A stretch of DNA of 64,000 nt from Candidatus Omnitrophota bacterium (GCA_042570265.1 JBHPGU010000007.1:4883-68882); one strand, 5' to 3'; positions 27,991-38,308 are shown, counted from the first letter of the stretch. The notes: generated by a model not told the origin, from the letters alone. Translations and numbers: made by a program.

Positions 27991-28500
27991 TTAGATTTTA
28001 CCTGAGGCGACCCAATCGTCTATTCTCTTTTTATCAAACTTCCACTCGTCGCCTTCTTTAAAACCAGGGATCTTGCCTGAATCCGCCCAACCAATAACCG
28101 TGTCCTCATCTAACTCTAGGTGCTTAGCTAGGTCTTCACAATTGAGCACATCGCCCATCATCAAACAGCTCCCTTGGAATATGGCTCCATCTGCAATAAC
28201 TAATCTAGGAGTCCTGATATTTCCTTCTACTACAGCTTGACCCTGCAGTTCAATTTTCGTTATGGCGTCGATCTCTCCCTTGACCCTGCCAGCGATCTTA
28301 ATGCTCTCGCCCTTTATATGAGCATTTACAAATGCGCTACTGCCGATAGAAAGAACACCTTTTACTTCTAGGGTACCTTCAAATTTACCATTGATTCTTA
28401 AATTTACTGGCTCCTTAAAAATTAGGCTCCCTTGCATCGCGGCATCAACATCGATGGTATGGTCTTGCTGACTCGAATCCTTCCTATTTCTTATGGCCAT
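27991..28500 (-). CDS. Bactofilin (CcmA) domain fused to a C-terminal HTH_17 domain
   Basis: Beta-helix repeats LRINGKFEG/IAGRVKG/IADGAIFQG, then LNCEDLAKHL...GKIPGFKEGDEWKF. Confidence 0.85.
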   Translation of the reverse strand: MAIRNRKDSSQQDHTIDVDAAMQGSLIFKEPVNLRINGKFEGTLEVKGVLSIGSSAFVNAHIKGESIKIAGRVKGEIDAITKIELQGQAVVEGNIRTPRLVIADGAIFQGSCLMMGDVLNCEDLAKHLELDEDTVIGWADSGKIPGFKEGDEWKFDKKRIDDWVASGKI

Positions 28501-28942
28501 GTCCTACCTCCTTTTTTTTGGTTAACACCCTCTCAAATCCACGCAAGAAGAGCAATACTACAAGCACAACTATGGTTGCAAAAAAAGCTGCCAGATAAAA
28601 ACCGCAACCTATTGCTAATCCTACAGCGGATGTAATCCAAAGACTCGCCGCTGTGGTCAAGCCCTTAATAGCCCCACCATAACGGATGATTGCTCCAGCT
28701 CCAATAAAACCAATACCTGTTATTACACCTGATGCTATACGGGAAGGATCTACAATCCCTATATCTTTATATATATCAAAAACATACAGAGATGTCAACA
28801 TTATAAGGGTCGAACCTAAACAAACTAAAATATGTGTACGCAGACCGGCTTCGTGGCGGTGCACCTCCCTCTCCATGCCTATCAATCCCCCCAATAATGC
28901 AGAAGATAATATTCTGATGATAACTGAAATTCCTGAGATCAT
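28484..28942 (-). CDS. MgtC/SapB family membrane protein
   Basis: LIGMERE, AGLRTH, DPSRIASGVITGIGFIGAG, GLTTAASLW. Confidence 0.92.
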   Translation of the reverse strand: MISGISVIIRILSSALLGGLIGMEREVHRHEAGLRTHILVCLGSTLIMLTSLYVFDIYKDIGIVDPSRIASGVITGIGFIGAGAIIRYGGAIKGLTTAASLWITSAVGLAIGCGFYLAAFFATIVVLVVLLFLRGFERVLTKKKEVGHGHKK

Positions 28943-28949
28943 AACTCCC

Positions 28950-29006
28950 CCTTTAATGAGCGCACAATTTACGGAACGAAGTGCTCGTAAATTGTCTGTG
29001 CGAATT
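28950..29006. repeat. Dispersed hairpin element immediately upstream of an RBS (copy 1)
   Basis: cctttaatgagcgc-acaatttac-loop-gtaaattgt-ctgtgcgaatt; homologue with compensatory changes at 44923-44979. Confidence 0.75.
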
Positions 29007-30010
29007 TAATATAGCAACGGCTTAAAATTTAAACTATCACGCTTTCCTAAACGATACAATTGATAACCCAAGCCCGCGATCATGGAAGCATTATCTGTGC
29101 ACAATTCACTCTTAGCGATAAAAACCTTTATAGCTTTCTTATCCGCTTGGCTATAGAGCATCTGGCGAAAATAACTATTCGCCGCTACTCCACCTCCTAC
29201 AACCAGGGTATTCGACTTTTTTTGCAATACAGCACGTATGCTTTTCTCCACTAAAACAGAAACAACGCAATTTTGAAAAGAAGCAGCCAGGTCACTCTTT
29301 TGTTTTTTGGTCACCGCTCCTCTCTTTTTGATATCCTGCAATTTATAAAGAACGGCTGTCTTTATACCGCTAAAGCTAAAATTTAAATCTTCACTATTTC
29401 CACACTTGAAATAATACGACTTGCGATCACCGCTCTTGGCAATCTTTTCTACCAAAGGACCTCCTGGATAACCCAGCCCTAACAACTTTGCAACTTTATC
29501 AAAGGCCTCACCGGCTGCATCATCCAGCGTATCTGCCAATATTTTGTATTTATCAAAACTTTTGATGTGGAATAAAGTCGTATGGCCGCCTGAGACAACC
29601 AAGCCCACAAAAGGAAGCTTAGGCAATTTTCCGTTATTCCCTAATTTAAGAAATGGTGCATAAAGATGCGCTTGGACATGATCCACTCCCAAAATAGGAA
29701 TCTTATTGGCAAAGCTTAAAGCCTTAGCAAATGAAACACCAACCAACAGTGATCCAATCAACCCAGGGCCCTTAGTTACAGCGATTAGGCCTATATCTTT
29801 GATCTTTATTCTTGCTTTTCTTATGGCTTGATCGACGACGAAACTGATGTACTCCAATTGTGCCCGGGAGGCGATCTCCGGTATCACTCCTCCATATTTT
29901 GAATGTAGCTTTATACTGGAAGCAGTCACGTTGGAACAGACCTTCTTTCCTTTATAAACTACGCTCGCCCCTGTCTCATCACAGGAAGTTTCAATACCTA
30001 AAACATACAT
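29006..30010 (-). CDS. tsaD: tRNA N6-threonylcarbamoyladenosine synthase TsaD
   Basis: LGIETSCDET, GGVIPE, GPGL, HVQAH, VSGGHT, DDAAGEAFDK, TDNASM. Confidence 0.96.
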   Translation of the reverse strand: MYVLGIETSCDETGASVVYKGKKVCSNVTASSIKLHSKYGGVIPEIASRAQLEYISFVVDQAIRKARIKIKDIGLIAVTKGPGLIGSLLVGVSFAKALSFANKIPILGVDHVQAHLYAPFLKLGNNGKLPKLPFVGLVVSGGHTTLFHIKSFDKYKILADTLDDAAGEAFDKVAKLLGLGYPGGPLVEKIAKSGDRKSYYFKCGNSEDLNFSFSGIKTAVLYKLQDIKKRGAVTKKQKSDLAASFQNCVVSVLVEKSIRAVLQKKSNTLVVGGGVAANSYFRQMLYSQADKKAIKVFIAKSELCTDNASMIAGLGYQLYRLGKRDSLNFKPLLY

Positions 30011-30027
30011 ATTATTGTCCTAATGTA

Positions 30028-30972
30028 TTATTCTACGATTTCTGACACAAAAACGAATTCATATCCTGCTCTGATTAATTTAGGGATCTCCTCTTTTAAG
30101 GTAAACAAGGTATTGGCCCTATTGTGACCAACTCCCACTGCCTTGCCATTATTCTGAGCTTCTGTAGCTAATTGCTGCAATTGTCCCCTAATATACTGGG
30201 GATCGGATTCATTGTCTAGGAAAACAGAGCGTTTGGCAAACTTTACGCCGACCTCTTTGACTACTCCTTCTGCCACAGATTCGGCTGTCACGTAACTATC
30301 TAGGAAGTAAAGGTTATTCCTTTTTAGCTTTTTTGACACCGTCTTCATAAAAGACTTATTCCGCGTCGCATAAGAGCCCATATGATTATTTATCCCTTTT
30401 GCATACCTAATATTAATAAATGCCTCATCCAATATGGAATATATGGTACTCCTGCTCATATAAACCATTAGTGTATTTGGCTCCAACGCAGCGCTCTCTT
30501 TAGCCTCTGGTTCCATAGGCATATGCACAATCACTTCGTAATTATGACTGTTTGCGAATTCGGCTACTTTTCGAGAATAGTCCTGAAACGGCAAAATAGC
30601 CAAAGTTAGTGGTGAGTTAATTTCTTTAAGCACCTCTAAATTTTTCTTATTGTAACCCCAATCATCTATAACGATAGCTATTTTTCCTTTTTTTCTGGCA
30701 ATGAACCTTGGTTTAGCCGAAGACTTTCCAACGGCGCTTATGGCAGGAACTATCTGAGAAGTCCTTGAAACAACTCTCTGCGTCTCGACTTTTGTCTCTT
30801 TGGCACTTTCAGCTGGCTTCTTTTTCGCGATAAAAGAGAGGATGACTATCGTCTCAACGAGGACAATCAGGGCAAGCAGTATAACCAGGAAATTACTGTT
30901 TTGCGGCCTTTGTTTATTTGTTTTAATTTTGAGTTTGTGTCTTAGTTTTTTACGCTTAGGCAAAGCTGACAT
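30028..30972 (-). CDS. Divergent polysaccharide deacetylase (YibQ-like) with N-terminal TM
   Basis: IAIVIDDWG, HMPMEP, GINNHMGS, FLDS, VFLDN, GVGH. Confidence 0.9.
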   Translation of the reverse strand: MSALPKRKKLRHKLKIKTNKQRPQNSNFLVILLALIVLVETIVILSFIAKKKPAESAKETKVETQRVVSRTSQIVPAISAVGKSSAKPRFIARKKGKIAIVIDDWGYNKKNLEVLKEINSPLTLAILPFQDYSRKVAEFANSHNYEVIVHMPMEPEAKESAALEPNTLMVYMSRSTIYSILDEAFINIRYAKGINNHMGSYATRNKSFMKTVSKKLKRNNLYFLDSYVTAESVAEGVVKEVGVKFAKRSVFLDNESDPQYIRGQLQQLATEAQNNGKAVGVGHNRANTLFTLKEEIPKLIRAGYEFVFVSEIVE

Positions 30973-30981
30973 TGTATTTTC

Positions 30982-32256
30982 CTACTTTTCTGCTAAATTA
31001 TATATCAACACCCCTTTTAAAATATCAACTGCTCTGATCAGTTGATTATCATACTGGTATCTTTTTAAAAATGGGTCTTCAGAGTCTTCCTCTCCATTAA
31101 ATGTTTTGTTAATTTCTTCGGGAATATCTTCTGTTTGCTCTTCGCTCTTTACAATCTCCCCGAATTTTATCTCTATGTCTGGCTCAATTCCCTCACCATG
31201 TATACTGGTCCCTGAAGGAGTAAAGTATTTGCTCGTAGTCAGCTTCAATGCTGAACCGTCTGATAATGGGACAACCGTCTGCACAGAGCCCTTACCAAAT
31301 GACTTCTCACCAATAACTATCGCACGCTTGTGATCCTTAAGCGCACCAGCCAGAATCTCACTTCCAGAGGCGCTACCTTCATTTATTAAAACTACCATGG
31401 GTAAGTCTTTATATTTGGATTTCGCTCTAGAGCGAAACTCAAGATTCTGCAGCCTACCCCTGCCCCTTGTAGTTACAATGGTTAAATCCTTATCCATAAA
31501 TTTTTCTGCCACTTTTGCTGCTACATCCAGTAATCCTCCCGGATTGTAACGCACATCTAAAATCAAAGCCTTCATGCCTTTTTTGCTTAATTCACTCAGC
31601 GCGCTAGTTAAATCTCTCGAAGTCTCTTCGCTAAACTCGACCAGCCTTATGTAACCAATACCAATATCATCAACCATGCGCACATCTTTAATATCATCAA
31701 TTTTTATCATCGCGCGGGTTATATTAAAATCCAACATCTTTTTCTCTTTTTGCCTCCAGGCCGTAATCTTAACTTCTGTGCCTGGATCTCCTCTAAGCAG
31801 CCTAACGGCATCAGTCAAAGTAAAATCCTTTATGATTTCGTCGTTAATCTTTACGATTTTATCTCCGGACTTTATCCCGGCCTCCCAAGCAGGTGTATCC
31901 TCTAAAGGAGAGACGACTGTAACCAACCCGTCCTTTAAAGTTATTTCCATGCCCACTCCACCAAATCTTCCTTCGGTATCAGCCTTCAATTCCTTGTATT
32001 CTTGAGGAGAGAGGAATTCTGAATAAGGGTCGAGAGAGGAGAGCATTCCTTTTAGGGCGCCGTATATTAAATCTTTCGGCTCTGAGATCTCTACATATTG
32101 AGATTGAATGATGGTCAAGGTGTCGGCAAAAAGGGTCAATTCCTTGTATGTCCCGTCCTTGACCTCTCTGTCAATCTTATTTGTGGCCCCGCAAAAAAAG
32201 AATGAACAAACGACTACTATAATCAAAAATCTTAGGTTATTATTTTTAAGAAACAT
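30982..32256 (-). CDS. ctpA: S41 carboxy-terminal processing protease
   Basis: LDPYS, PDZ domain, DVRYNPGG, SASGSE, GKGSVQ. Confidence 0.93.
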   Translation of the reverse strand: MFLKNNNLRFLIIVVVCSFFFCGATNKIDREVKDGTYKELTLFADTLTIIQSQYVEISEPKDLIYGALKGMLSSLDPYSEFLSPQEYKELKADTEGRFGGVGMEITLKDGLVTVVSPLEDTPAWEAGIKSGDKIVKINDEIIKDFTLTDAVRLLRGDPGTEVKITAWRQKEKKMLDFNITRAMIKIDDIKDVRMVDDIGIGYIRLVEFSEETSRDLTSALSELSKKGMKALILDVRYNPGGLLDVAAKVAEKFMDKDLTIVTTRGRGRLQNLEFRSRAKSKYKDLPMVVLINEGSASGSEILAGALKDHKRAIVIGEKSFGKGSVQTVVPLSDGSALKLTTSKYFTPSGTSIHGEGIEPDIEIKFGEIVKSEEQTEDIPEEINKTFNGEEDSEDPFLKRYQYDNQLIRAVDILKGVLIYNLAEK

Positions 32257-33691
32257 CTTTTAACCTCCTTTTAATAATTTCTTTAACAATTTTAGGATTG
32301 GCTTTGCCTTTTGATAATTTCATAGTCTGGCCTACTAAAAACATAACCGCATTCTCATTTCCGGATAAGAAATCTTTCACGGGTTTCGGGTTTTCCCCTA
32401 CAACCTTTTCCACAATCTTTTCTAACTCAACTTCATCGGAAACCTGAGATAATCCTTTTTCCTTTATGGCCTCATCTACACTCTTATTATTTTCTTGCGA
32501 ATATCTAAATACGTCCTTAGCAGCTAAATTACTTAATTTATCATCACCTACATAATCTATTATTTTTATTAACTGGCGTACGTTAATGTTTAAATTGGAA
32601 ACCATTTCATTCTTCTCATTAGCATAAGCCTGAACTGGCCCCACCACCCAATTATAGATATCCTTTGCCTTACCCTTGTTTTCTTTAATACAATTATCAT
32701 AAACAATAGCGAAATTATTTGGCGAAGAAGCGATCTCCTCAGCCTCTTTTTGCGAAAGACCCAACTCCAGATATTTTTTTAACTTTTGAGGATAGGATTC
32801 TATAGAGCTAATTTCTTTTTTTAATGTTTTGATGAACTCCTTACTTAGGACAAAGGGCACCAAGTCCGGATCCGGAAAATAACGATAGTCGTGTGCCTCT
32901 TCTTTTGTGCGCATAGTAAAGGTAAGCTGTTTATTTTCATCCCAGAGCCTGGTCTCCTGTGATATTTTCTCGCCCTTACCCAGCAGCTTTTCCTGTCTTT
33001 TGACTTCGTACTCTAAGGCCGACCTTACACCTTTAAACGAATTCATATTCTTTAACTCTGTCTTTGTGCCTAACTCTTTCTGGCCCTTGGGTCTCAACGA
33101 GATATTTGCGTCGCAACGCAAACTACCTTTTTCCATATCGCAATCTGAAACGCCCAGATATTGGACAATTAGCTTCAGAGTCCTTAAATATTCAAATGCA
33201 ACCTCGGGAGAATTGATATCTGGTTCACTTACAATCTCAAGCAGAGGCATTCCGCCGCGGTTATAATCAACTAGGCTATATGGCTCATCTTGTTTATGTA
33301 GGAGCCTGCCCGCATCTTCTTCTAAATGCACCCGTTTTACACGAATCTTCTTCTTTGACTCGCCAACATCAATCTCCAGAACACCACTTAAGCCTATGGG
33401 CATATCATATTGGGAGATCTGATAATTCTTAGGCAAATCTGGATAAAAGTAGTTCTTTCGGTCGAACTTAATAAATTCCTGAACTGCACAATCCAAGGCC
33501 AGAGCAACTTTAGCCGCATACTCTAAGGCCTTTTCATTTAACACCGGCAATGAACCAGGAAAACCTAAGCACACTGGACAAGTCTGTGTATTTGCAGGGT
33601 TACCATATTCAGTAGAACATCCGCAAAATACCTTAGTCTTAGTCTTTAGATGGATATGGACTTCCAATCCTATTACTGTTTCTAATTGCAT
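32246..33691 (-). CDS. gatB: Asp/Glu-tRNA amidotransferase subunit B
   Basis: Start corrected to MQLETVIGLEVH; RKNYFYPDLPK, HLEEDAG, DYRYFPDPDL. Confidence 0.96.
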   Translation of the reverse strand: MQLETVIGLEVHIHLKTKTKVFCGCSTEYGNPANTQTCPVCLGFPGSLPVLNEKALEYAAKVALALDCAVQEFIKFDRKNYFYPDLPKNYQISQYDMPIGLSGVLEIDVGESKKKIRVKRVHLEEDAGRLLHKQDEPYSLVDYNRGGMPLLEIVSEPDINSPEVAFEYLRTLKLIVQYLGVSDCDMEKGSLRCDANISLRPKGQKELGTKTELKNMNSFKGVRSALEYEVKRQEKLLGKGEKISQETRLWDENKQLTFTMRTKEEAHDYRYFPDPDLVPFVLSKEFIKTLKKEISSIESYPQKLKKYLELGLSQKEAEEIASSPNNFAIVYDNCIKENKGKAKDIYNWVVGPVQAYANEKNEMVSNLNINVRQLIKIIDYVGDDKLSNLAAKDVFRYSQENNKSVDEAIKEKGLSQVSDEVELEKIVEKVVGENPKPVKDFLSGNENAVMFLVGQTMKLSKGKANPKIVKEIIKRRLKDVS

Positions 33692-33692
33692 T

Positions 33693-35129
33693 TTAGATTG
33701 TGGGTTTTTTCTTATGCCACTCTGTTTTTTGTTCAAAGGCATAGGCCGTTCTAAACAAATTCTCTTCTTTAAATGGCGCGCTTAAAATTTGTAATCCAAT
33801 AGGCAGTTTATCTTTTGTCAAACCACAGGGCAAAGATATGCCCGGTACTCCAGCTAGATTTGCCGATATGGTATAAATATCCGATAAGTACATTGAAAGA
33901 GGATCTTCTGATCTCTCTCCTATTTTAAAAGCTGGTGTGGGAGATGTTGGTGTGAGCAAACAGTCAAAATCCTTAAACACATCATCAAAATCTTTTTTTA
34001 TTAACGTCCTGACTTTGAGGGCTCTCAAATAATAAGCGTCATAGTATCCACTGGATAAAACATACGTACCTAAAATGATTCTTCTCTTTGCTTCCGTGCC
34101 AAATCCAATAGCGCGAGTCTGTTTATAGGAAGCGATCATGGGAGTAGAATCCTTGGCTGCGGCAGCTTTTTCTCTTAAACCATATTGCACACCGTCGAAA
34201 CGCGCCAAATTTGAACTTGCCTCGGCTGTAGCCAGAATATAATAAACCGCTACGGCGTATTTTGCGTGGGGCAGGCTCACTTCCTTAAAGGTTGCGCCTT
34301 GTTTTTCTAATATTGACCTTGCTTCGTTAACTGAATCCTTAACTTGGCTATCTAGGCCTTCGACAAAATACTCTTTAGGTATGGCGATCTTCAGGCCTTT
34401 TACGCCCTTTCCCAAACTTCCCACATAATCTCCCACTTTCTCATCAACTGAAGTTGAGTCTCTTTTATCATGCCCGGCGATAATACTCAAAAGTAAGGCA
34501 GAATCTTGTATGTCTTTTGTAATGGGCCCTATTTGATCTAAGCTGGAAGCAAAAGCTATTAACCCATATCGTGAAACCCGACCATAGGTTGGTTTCAACC
34601 CCACGACTCCACATAAAGCCGCGGGTTGCCTAATAGAGCCGCCTGTATCTGAACCTAAAGCCCAAATAGCCTCATCAGCGGCAACCGCTGCAGCGGAACC
34701 GCCGCTAGATCCTCCTGGCACCCTATCTAAATCCCAAGGATTACGAGTGGGTCCATAATAAGAAGTCTCACATGAAGAACCAAAGGCAAACTCATCCATA
34801 TTGGTTTTGCCGAATATCAACGCTCCTTTATCTTTTAGTTTTTCTATGACTGTGGCATCGTATGGAGACTTAAAGCCATCAAGTATATGCGAAGAACAAG
34901 TGGTTAAAGACTCTTTAGTGCAAATATTGTCCTTTATGGCAATAGGAATGCCTTTTAGCAGAGACCCTGCATTATCAACGCTTGAGTTCTCCGGAGGATG
35001 GGCATAAGCATTAACCTTAGGCTCAACTCTTTTTATGCAAGAATTTATATCGGACAAAATCTGCTCTTGCTTAATTTCGCCCTTCTTGATTAAATCCAAG
35101 AGTTCATGAGCGGTCTTTGTGTTTAGCAT
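33693..35129 (-). CDS. gatA: Asp/Glu-tRNA amidotransferase subunit A
   Basis: [35 protein letters not shown]. Confidence 0.96.
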   Translation of the reverse strand: MLNTKTAHELLDLIKKGEIKQEQILSDINSCIKRVEPKVNAYAHPPENSSVDNAGSLLKGIPIAIKDNICTKESLTTCSSHILDGFKSPYDATVIEKLKDKGALIFGKTNMDEFAFGSSCETSYYGPTRNPWDLDRVPGGSSGGSAAAVAADEAIWALGSDTGGSIRQPAALCGVVGLKPTYGRVSRYGLIAFASSLDQIGPITKDIQDSALLLSIIAGHDKRDSTSVDEKVGDYVGSLGKGVKGLKIAIPKEYFVEGLDSQVKDSVNEARSILEKQGATFKEVSLPHAKYAVAVYYILATAEASSNLARFDGVQYGLREKAAAAKDSTPMIASYKQTRAIGFGTEAKRRIILGTYVLSSGYYDAYYLRALKVRTLIKKDFDDVFKDFDCLLTPTSPTPAFKIGERSEDPLSMYLSDIYTISANLAGVPGISLPCGLTKDKLPIGLQILSAPFKEENLFRTAYAFEQKTEWHKKKPTI

Positions 35130-35171
35130 TATTATTACCTTCGATTCCTTTAATTACTAATGAAAATATTA

Positions 35172-35258
35172 CTTAACGCAGATATTCGCAGATTGCACTC
35201 GAATGGTCGCAGATAAAAATTTGCGATGATTTGCGTTTGATTTGCGAATATCTGCGTT
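35172..35258. repeat. Inverted cassette of degenerate CGCAGAT units inside gatC-gatA spacer
   Basis: cttaacgcagatattcgcagattgcactcgaatggtcgcagat ... atttgcgatgatttgcgtttgatttgcgaatatctgcgtt; homologous to 2344-2427. Confidence 0.8.
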
Positions 35259-35290
35259 CAAAAGTTGGTAAATATTTATAGTTCTAAGCT

Positions 35291-35578
35291 TCATTCAATC
35301 ACCTTGGGGACCTTAAAGAAGTTACCTTCTTTTTGAGGGGCATTATTTAAAACATCTTTTACCTTAAAAGACGTTTGCGGCTTATCTTGCCTCTTAACAT
35401 TCTTTATAGGAAGAACGTGAGCAGTGAACGGGACTGTGGTAACATCTAATTCTTTCAATTGATCGATATAGCACAGTATGCTATCTAACTGATGAGAAAA
35501 TTTCTCGATTTCCTTATCAGTAAGACTTATCCTGGCAAGATTAGCAACGTACTCTATTGTCTGTTTAGATATATTCAT
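35291..35578 (-). CDS. gatC: Asp/Glu-tRNA amidotransferase subunit C
   Basis: VANLARI, NAP...FFKVPKVIE; upstream of gatA. Confidence 0.95.
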   Translation of the reverse strand: MNISKQTIEYVANLARISLTDKEIEKFSHQLDSILCYIDQLKELDVTTVPFTAHVLPIKNVKRQDKPQTSFKVKDVLNNAPQKEGNFFKVPKVIE

Positions 35579-35582
35579 ATTT

Positions 35583-37412
35583 CTAATCTGCTACAAATTC
35601 ACCGTTAACCCAATTGCCTCTAACTACGGCCTCTTTCCCACCTTGTGTATACGTAAAAATCCCTTTGCCGGAAAATTCACCATTGCTAAACTCTCCGTCA
35701 TACCTATCTGCATTGGCATAGTGGAAAATGCCCTTGCCTGACCGCACTCCATTTTGAAATTGGCCTTCATACCTATCACCATTGGCATAGACATAAACAC
35801 CTAATCCCTCCATGACCCCTTCATTAAACTCTCCGCTATAGAAATCTTTATTTGCGAAACTTAACTTTCCTTGGCCATGAAAATTTCCTTTTTGGAAATA
35901 TCCTTCATATTTATCACCATTGCCAAAAACTAATGCGCCTTTGCCGTCCATAAATCCCTGACTAAACTCCCCATCATATTTATCATCATTTGCAAAGAGC
36001 ATGACGCCTTTACCATGAATCTTATCATTCATAAATGACCCTTCGCATATCTCTCCATTATGAAGAAGTAGAATGCCTTCACCCTGCATCAGGCCATCGG
36101 CGAATTCTCCTTCATACTTATCTGCATTGGCAAAAATAATCACCCCTGAACCATGCTTCTTGCCAAGTCTGAATTGGCCTTCATATATAGAACCGTCTGA
36201 CATAACCATCCTACCTTTACCGTGAGGCAAATTGTCCTTATAGTCTCCTTTATAACGATTTCCATCCTGCTGGTAAGAAATTATTTGTCCCTGTGCAACA
36301 TCATCCTTAAACTCGCCCTCAAATCTAGAGCCATCTTTCTTTGTGTAAACACCCCTGCCCTGCAATCGTCCGTATTCAACCTGACCTTCATATCTATCTC
36401 CACTGGTATAGACATAAATCCCTTTCCCGAATATAAACCCATCTTTAAAATCGCCTTCATATTTATCGCCATTGGCAAATATCATCTTGCCTCTGCCTTC
36501 CATCTTGCCATTAATAAATTGGCCTTCGTATTTATCGCCGTTCACAAAATACATCGTTCCGTTACCCTTCATTACCCCCTGATCAAATTCTCCTTTGTAT
36601 TTGTCACCATTTGCAAAGATGAGCACCCCCTTGCCAACCTCCCTACCAGCTTTAAAATGGCCTTCGTATTTATTGCCATTAGCTAATGTCGCGACACCTT
36701 TGCCTTGAAACTTGCCTTTTTTGAATTGGCCTTCGTATTTGCCACCCTTAGCCAATTCAAGAACACCATAACCATCATACTTATCATTCTTAAAACTACC
36801 TTTATATCTTGAACCACTAGGCAGTATCACGTCTCCTTTACCATGCGCCATATTGTTTCTATATTGTCCTTTGTAACGATAACCATCGGGTTTTGTAACA
36901 ATAAAATTGCCCTGGGCTATATCATTTTTAAACTCCCCCTCATGTCTGGACCCATCACTCTTTATGAGAATTCCCATTCCATGCATATAACCATCACTAA
37001 CCCGGCCATTATATCTATCCTTATTGGCGAAAACGTACTTGCCTTTACCTGTCATGCGGCCATTTACAAAGTCGCCTTCGTATATATCCCCATTTGACCA
37101 GATGTAAACTCCTTTACCATGCATTGTCCCTTTATCAAAATCCCCTTCATAGATGTATTTATCCGGGAAGACATAGAGCCCTTTCCCATGCATAAGGCCA
37201 TTTTCAAAGTAGCCCTCGTATTTACTGCCATTTGCAAAGATTAAAAATCCTTTTCCATCAAAAAGACCATTCTTAATATCTCCTTCATAAACAGAATTAT
37301 CTGGCAGCAGCACTTTGCCAAAACCATCTGTTAGGCTTTGGGCACTTAAAAAAACCTGACTGGACAGCAAAAACAAAAGCGTCAGAAATGCCAAGCTTTT
37401 TTTATTCTTCAT
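35583..37412 (-). CDS. Secreted MORN-repeat protein (~25 tandem 23-aa repeats)
   Basis: Signal peptide, then continuous YEGxFxxGxxxGxGxxxxxNGD repeats to the C-terminus. Confidence 0.88.
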   Translation of the reverse strand: MKNKKSLAFLTLLFLLSSQVFLSAQSLTDGFGKVLLPDNSVYEGDIKNGLFDGKGFLIFANGSKYEGYFENGLMHGKGLYVFPDKYIYEGDFDKGTMHGKGVYIWSNGDIYEGDFVNGRMTGKGKYVFANKDRYNGRVSDGYMHGMGILIKSDGSRHEGEFKNDIAQGNFIVTKPDGYRYKGQYRNNMAHGKGDVILPSGSRYKGSFKNDKYDGYGVLELAKGGKYEGQFKKGKFQGKGVATLANGNKYEGHFKAGREVGKGVLIFANGDKYKGEFDQGVMKGNGTMYFVNGDKYEGQFINGKMEGRGKMIFANGDKYEGDFKDGFIFGKGIYVYTSGDRYEGQVEYGRLQGRGVYTKKDGSRFEGEFKDDVAQGQIISYQQDGNRYKGDYKDNLPHGKGRMVMSDGSIYEGQFRLGKKHGSGVIIFANADKYEGEFADGLMQGEGILLLHNGEICEGSFMNDKIHGKGVMLFANDDKYDGEFSQGFMDGKGALVFGNGDKYEGYFQKGNFHGQGKLSFANKDFYSGEFNEGVMEGLGVYVYANGDRYEGQFQNGVRSGKGIFHYANADRYDGEFSNGEFSGKGIFTYTQGGKEAVVRGNWVNGEFVAD

Positions 37413-37453
37413 AAATATAAACCTTCCATCAATGTATTATATGGATAACTATG

Positions 37454-38308
37454 TTATCTTTCTAGTATTATATTACTAGAACCAGAATAATCAAAGCAGA
37501 GATTGCTAATTTTTATAAAATCCTCTAAGGATAGATTCTCTGCCCTCTTGCGCTTATCGATGTTTAATTTTTGCAAAATTAACGCTATCTTATCTTTATC
37601 CAATACTGCAGACAGCGAATTTAAAATAGTCTTCCTGCGCTGATTAAAAGCTGTTTGAACGACCTTAAACAACAGTTTTTTATCTTTGGGCTTTAATTCA
37701 TTGTTCCAAAAGCCATCTGCCTTCGGCTCTAACTTAATAAAACAAGAATCAACCTTTGGTTGCGGCTTAAAACAAGCCTTATTGACTGAAAAAAGTAATT
37801 TGGGACTCACGTGGAATTGAGTAAAACAGGTAAAACTGGAATAATCTTTGCTATGAGGCTTGGCTATCAGCCTTGAGGCAAACTCCTTTTGCACCATAAG
37901 ATACACATTATTTAATAAATAGATATTTTCAAAGACGTACTCCAATATGGGAGTGGTAATATTATAAGGAATGTTACCTACTAAGGTGAGTTTCTGTTTA
38001 ATCTTATTCATTTTAATGTACGCGGGGATGTCAAACTTTAGGATATCTTTATTAATCAAAATAACATTGTCAAAATCTCTGAATAAGGTCTCTAGATGCG
38101 CGAATAATCTCCTGTCCAGTTCGATGCCGATAACCTTTTTTGCTCGAGCGCCCAACTCCTTGGTAAGCTCTCCCTTGCCAGAACCGATCTCTAAAACTAT
38201 ATCATTATTAGTTAGCGAAACTGCTTTTATAATTTTATTGATTATGTTCTTATCAATTAAGAAGCTTTGTCCTCTTCTTTTTCTGGGATGAAAGACTAGT
38301 GGCGGCAT
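37454..38308 (-). CDS. rsmA: 16S rRNA dimethyladenosine transferase
   Basis: GQSFL, EIGSGKG, GNIPYNIT, MVQKE, PQPKVDS, FNQRRKT, RAENL. Confidence 0.95.
   Translation of the reverse strand: MPPLVFHPRKRRGQSFLIDKNIINKIIKAVSLTNNDIVLEIGSGKGELTKELGARAKKVIGIELDRRLFAHLETLFRDFDNVILINKDILKFDIPAYIKMNKIKQKLTLVGNIPYNITTPILEYVFENIYLLNNVYLMVQKEFASRLIAKPHSKDYSSFTCFTQFHVSPKLLFSVNKACFKPQPKVDSCFIKLEPKADGFWNNELKPKDKKLLFKVVQTAFNQRRKTILNSLSAVLDKDKIALILQKLNIDKRKRAENLSLEDFIKISNLCFDYSGSSNIILER

Noticed and set aside
27663-28500. Prophage or ICE excisionase module
   Set aside because: No integrase, att site or phage genes; HTHs are fused to TM and bactofilin domains in a housekeeping run
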